A stretch of 31,777 nucleotides of DNA from Bdellovibrionota bacterium (lineage in GTDB: Bacteria; Bdellovibrionota_C; UBA2361; JBIKWN01), in NCBI GenBank assembly GCA_044356295.1, contig JBIKWN010000027.1:1-31777 (forward strand), in the 5' to 3' direction. The stretch's first letter is position 1; every line of letters begins with the position of its first letter. Under the pieces are notes generated by a model. That model was not told where the DNA came from. It saw nothing but the letters and a program-made list of their open reading frames with translations, and did not search any database. A program made the translations under genes and the position numbers. Shown one piece after another: positions 29,090 through 31,777 of the stretch.

Positions 29090-29842
29090 ATGTTCCAAGG
29101 CGACTCAACACCACCTATTATTGTAGCCTCTCAAACGGGAAGGCTTTTTGTTTTTGGTGATATCCATGGATGTTTGAGTGAACTTGATGTGCTTCTATCG
29201 TACCTAAAAAATGAGCTTTCTATAACACAAGAAGATCAGTTAATTTTTTTAGGGGATTATATTGATCGAGGTCCTAATAGCGCAGGCGTTATTGACGCTT
29301 TAATTGATCTGAAAGCACATTTTCCTAAAACGATATTCCTTCGTGGCAACCATGAACAGTTTTTACAGGCTGCATCTGGATTGTCTGGTACGGTGAGTGA
29401 TAAAGCCCAAATTGCATGGTTAAAAAGCGGTGGAAAAGAAACTATCCTTTCTTACGGCTCAGATCTTACGGTTGCATCAAATCTAAAGGCGATGCTCCCT
29501 GAATCACATCAACAATTTTTACTATCGCTTGGACGATATGTGATTGGTCCTGATTATGTTTGTGTTCATGCAGGCCTTGATCCCCTTAAGAACCTGCTTA
29601 CTCAGCCTGATGACGTTATCTATTGGATTCGAGAACCCTTCCTTCATTTCCCTCATTTATTTGAAAAAACGGTTATTTACGGTCATACCCCTGAAAAATC
29701 GATTAAGTATGAACCTCCATTTCGCCTTGGAATTGATACAGGGATAGTGTACGGCAATAAGCTCACAATGATTGAGTTCACCCAAAAACTCGTTTTTCAG
29801 GTAGCTGCTTCCTCAAAGTCAGTGATATCATCTTCTTTCTAG
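29090..29842 (+). CDS. Metallophosphoesterase, PPP-family Ser/Thr phosphatase-like
   Basis: GDIHG, GDYIDRG, LRGNHE, HAG, GHTP and IDTG motifs. Confidence 0.92.
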   Translation: MFQGDSTPPIIVASQTGRLFVFGDIHGCLSELDVLLSYLKNELSITQEDQLIFLGDYIDRGPNSAGVIDALIDLKAHFPKTIFLRGNHEQFLQAASGLSGTVSDKAQIAWLKSGGKETILSYGSDLTVASNLKAMLPESHQQFLLSLGRYVIGPDYVCVHAGLDPLKNLLTQPDDVIYWIREPFLHFPHLFEKTVIYGHTPEKSIKYEPPFRLGIDTGIVYGNKLTMIEFTQKLVFQVAASSKSVISSSF

Positions 29843-29905
29843 AGCCTTTTCAAGCAATTGAAGTAGGCACTACAACTGGAAATTATATTTTTTGGATAAC
29901 GTCAT

Positions 29906-31318
29906 ATGTCTGCTTCTTCAGCTGGTTCACTTGCAATGATTGGTTTAGGTGTTATGGGAGCAAATCTTGCTCGTAATATTGAAAGCCGTGGGTTTAAAGT
30001 AAGTGTTTTTGATAGAAGCACTGATAAAAATGATGCATTCAAAAATAGCTTCAAAGGTAATTTTTATTTTGCAAAAGATCTTCCAGATCTTATCTCTTCA
30101 ATGCCTGCACCAAGAACTTTATTTGCGATGGTGCCTGCTGGAGCACCGGTTGACTCTGTTATTAATGACCTTATTCCACTCATATCGAAAGGTGACACCA
30201 TCGTTGATGGTGGTAATTCATTCTTTAAAGATACTGAGCGTCGAGAAAAATTTTGCTTAGAGCATGGAATTAATTTTTTAGGAGTAGGCGTATCTGGTGG
30301 AGAAGAAGGAGCACTTCATGGTCCAAGTATTATGCCAGGTGGTCCAAAAGAAGGATGGGCAAGAATCCAACCAGTGCTTGATGCAATCTCTGCTAAAGTT
30401 GATGGCGAGTCTTGCACGACGTACATAGGAAGTGGCGGTGCTGGACACTTCGTCAAGATGGTTCATAACGGAATCGAGTACGGCGATATGCAACTTATTG
30501 CTGAAAGTTATGATCTCTTGAAACACCTCGGTGGTTTGCAGCCAGAATCATTAGCCACTGTTTATAAAAAGTGGAATGAAGGTCGACTGAACTCTTTTTT
30601 AATTGATATCACTGCTTCAATCTTCACAAAAAAAGACGATCAAGGTGGTGCCGGTTACCTTGTTGATAAAATACTTGATAAAGCTGGACAAAAAGGAACT
30701 GGTAAGTGGACTTCTCAAACTGCCCTTGATGCTGGGATTGCAATTCCAACCTTGGCAGCCGCTGTTGATTCACGCTGTATGAGTGCACTAAAAACTGAAC
30801 GGGTTAATGCAGAGAAAAAACTTCTCTCACTCCATGAGGCACCAACGGATATTGATGTTAAGAATCTAGAGTCTCTTATTGAGAATGCTCTTTATAGTGC
30901 AAAAATTTTAGCGTATGCCCAAGGTATGCGTTTAATTAAAGAGTGCTCGGATGAAAATAAATGGGGAATTAATCTCAGTGATGTAGCAGCTATCTGGCGA
31001 GGTGGATGTATCATCCGTGCTAAATTTTTAAATGAGATGCGAAAAGCATTTAAAGATGAATCACTGCCAAACCTTATCCTTGATCCTGCGATGAATAAAG
31101 CTTTGCAAGAGGGGATTCCTGCATTAAGAAAAATAGTATCGTTGGCAGTAACAACTGGGATTCCTGTTCCTGCACTTGCATCTGCAATTGGATATTACGA
31201 TCAGTACCGTCGTGCAACATTGCCATTGAATTTAACACAGGCTCAAAGAGACTTCTTTGGTGCCCACACCTATGAAAGAAATGATAAACCAGGAGTATTT
31301 CATACCCAATGGAGTTAG
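29906..31318 (+). CDS. gndA: 6-phosphogluconate dehydrogenase, decarboxylating (NADP+)
   Basis: GLGVMG, GVSGGEEGA, VKMVHNGIEYGDMQ, GQKGTG and QAQRDFFGAHTY. Confidence 0.97.
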   Translation: MSASSAGSLAMIGLGVMGANLARNIESRGFKVSVFDRSTDKNDAFKNSFKGNFYFAKDLPDLISSMPAPRTLFAMVPAGAPVDSVINDLIPLISKGDTIVDGGNSFFKDTERREKFCLEHGINFLGVGVSGGEEGALHGPSIMPGGPKEGWARIQPVLDAISAKVDGESCTTYIGSGGAGHFVKMVHNGIEYGDMQLIAESYDLLKHLGGLQPESLATVYKKWNEGRLNSFLIDITASIFTKKDDQGGAGYLVDKILDKAGQKGTGKWTSQTALDAGIAIPTLAAAVDSRCMSALKTERVNAEKKLLSLHEAPTDIDVKNLESLIENALYSAKILAYAQGMRLIKECSDENKWGINLSDVAAIWRGGCIIRAKFLNEMRKAFKDESLPNLILDPAMNKALQEGIPALRKIVSLAVTTGIPVPALASAIGYYDQYRRATLPLNLTQAQRDFFGAHTYERNDKPGVFHTQWS

Positions 31319-31777
31319 GTGTTCCCAAATTTGATACGTATCCAGTGCTTGGGCGTTTAAAGGAGAGGGGGATTTTGTATTCTTTTTTTGAACATCCAGC
31401 CGTTTTTACGGTCGAAGAGGGGAAAGAGCTTCTGAGTCACATCCCTGGACAAGGTACGAAAAATCTTTTTATCACTGATCAAAAAAAATCTCAGTTCGGC
31501 TTAGTTACTGTTTGCGAAGAGAAAAGAGTTGATTTGAGACAACTTGGTGAGCAGATCGGATTCGGTCGTGTTTCGTTTGGAAGTCCTGAGCGATTGAAAA
31601 ATCTTCTTGATGTTGAGCCTGGTTCAGTATCCCCACTTGCTATCTTGTCGCCCGGGGCATCACCAGTACAGTTTTTTCTAGATGAAGATCTTTTGTTATT
31701 CGATCAGATCCAAGCCCACCCGTTGAAAAATACAGCTACTGTCGTTTTTAATCCTAAAGAAGTTTTTCTTGATTTAT
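31309..31777 (+). CDS. YbaK/prolyl-tRNA editing domain protein (PrdX/ProXp-ala-like), runs off the window end
   Basis: Not in the ORF track because it has no stop in the window. ATG at 31309; EHPAVFTVEE, KNLFI, RVSFGSPE, PGSVSPLAI and HPLKNTAT. Confidence 0.88.
   Translation, partial: MELGVPKFDTYPVLGRLKERGILYSFFEHPAVFTVEEGKELLSHIPGQGTKNLFITDQKKSQFGLVTVCEEKRVDLRQLGEQIGFGRVSFGSPERLKNLLDVEPGSVSPLAILSPGASPVQFFLDEDLLLFDQIQAHPLKNTATVVFNPKEVFLDL

Overview
An AT-rich bacterial chromosomal window; by inference from gene style it comes from a flagellated Gram-negative, possibly Bdellovibrionota/deltaproteobacteria-like lineage. Positions 1-10.4 kb are accessory. They hold an IS91-type transposase remnant cut by a doubly inactivated IS3 element (287-1736), then a very AT-rich methyltransferase / SGNH-like / Lnu-like nucleotidyltransferase / GT2-GT4 block converging on an orphan flagellin, then several gene remnants. 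The middle holds a stand-alone bamA, a small secreted 8-Cys protein and an 819-aa multi-catalytic cell-wall hydrolase (Amidase_3 with an EF-hand-like loop, PG-binding, NlpC/P60, and an uncharacterised lysozyme-like C-terminal domain). MarR, a GNAT pseudogene and an HprK-like kinase-wzm-wzt operon follow. A roughly 300-bp inverted-repeat element enclosing a four-helix-bundle-like gene remnant precedes a surface-polysaccharide operon (GT2, two GT4, WcaJ-like, ugd, UDP-glucuronate decarboxylase). That operon runs directly into lepA, a metallophosphoesterase, gndA and a partial YbaK/PrdX editing gene. No rRNA, tRNA or CRISPR array was seen. All family calls are motif recognition by eye; no searches were run.
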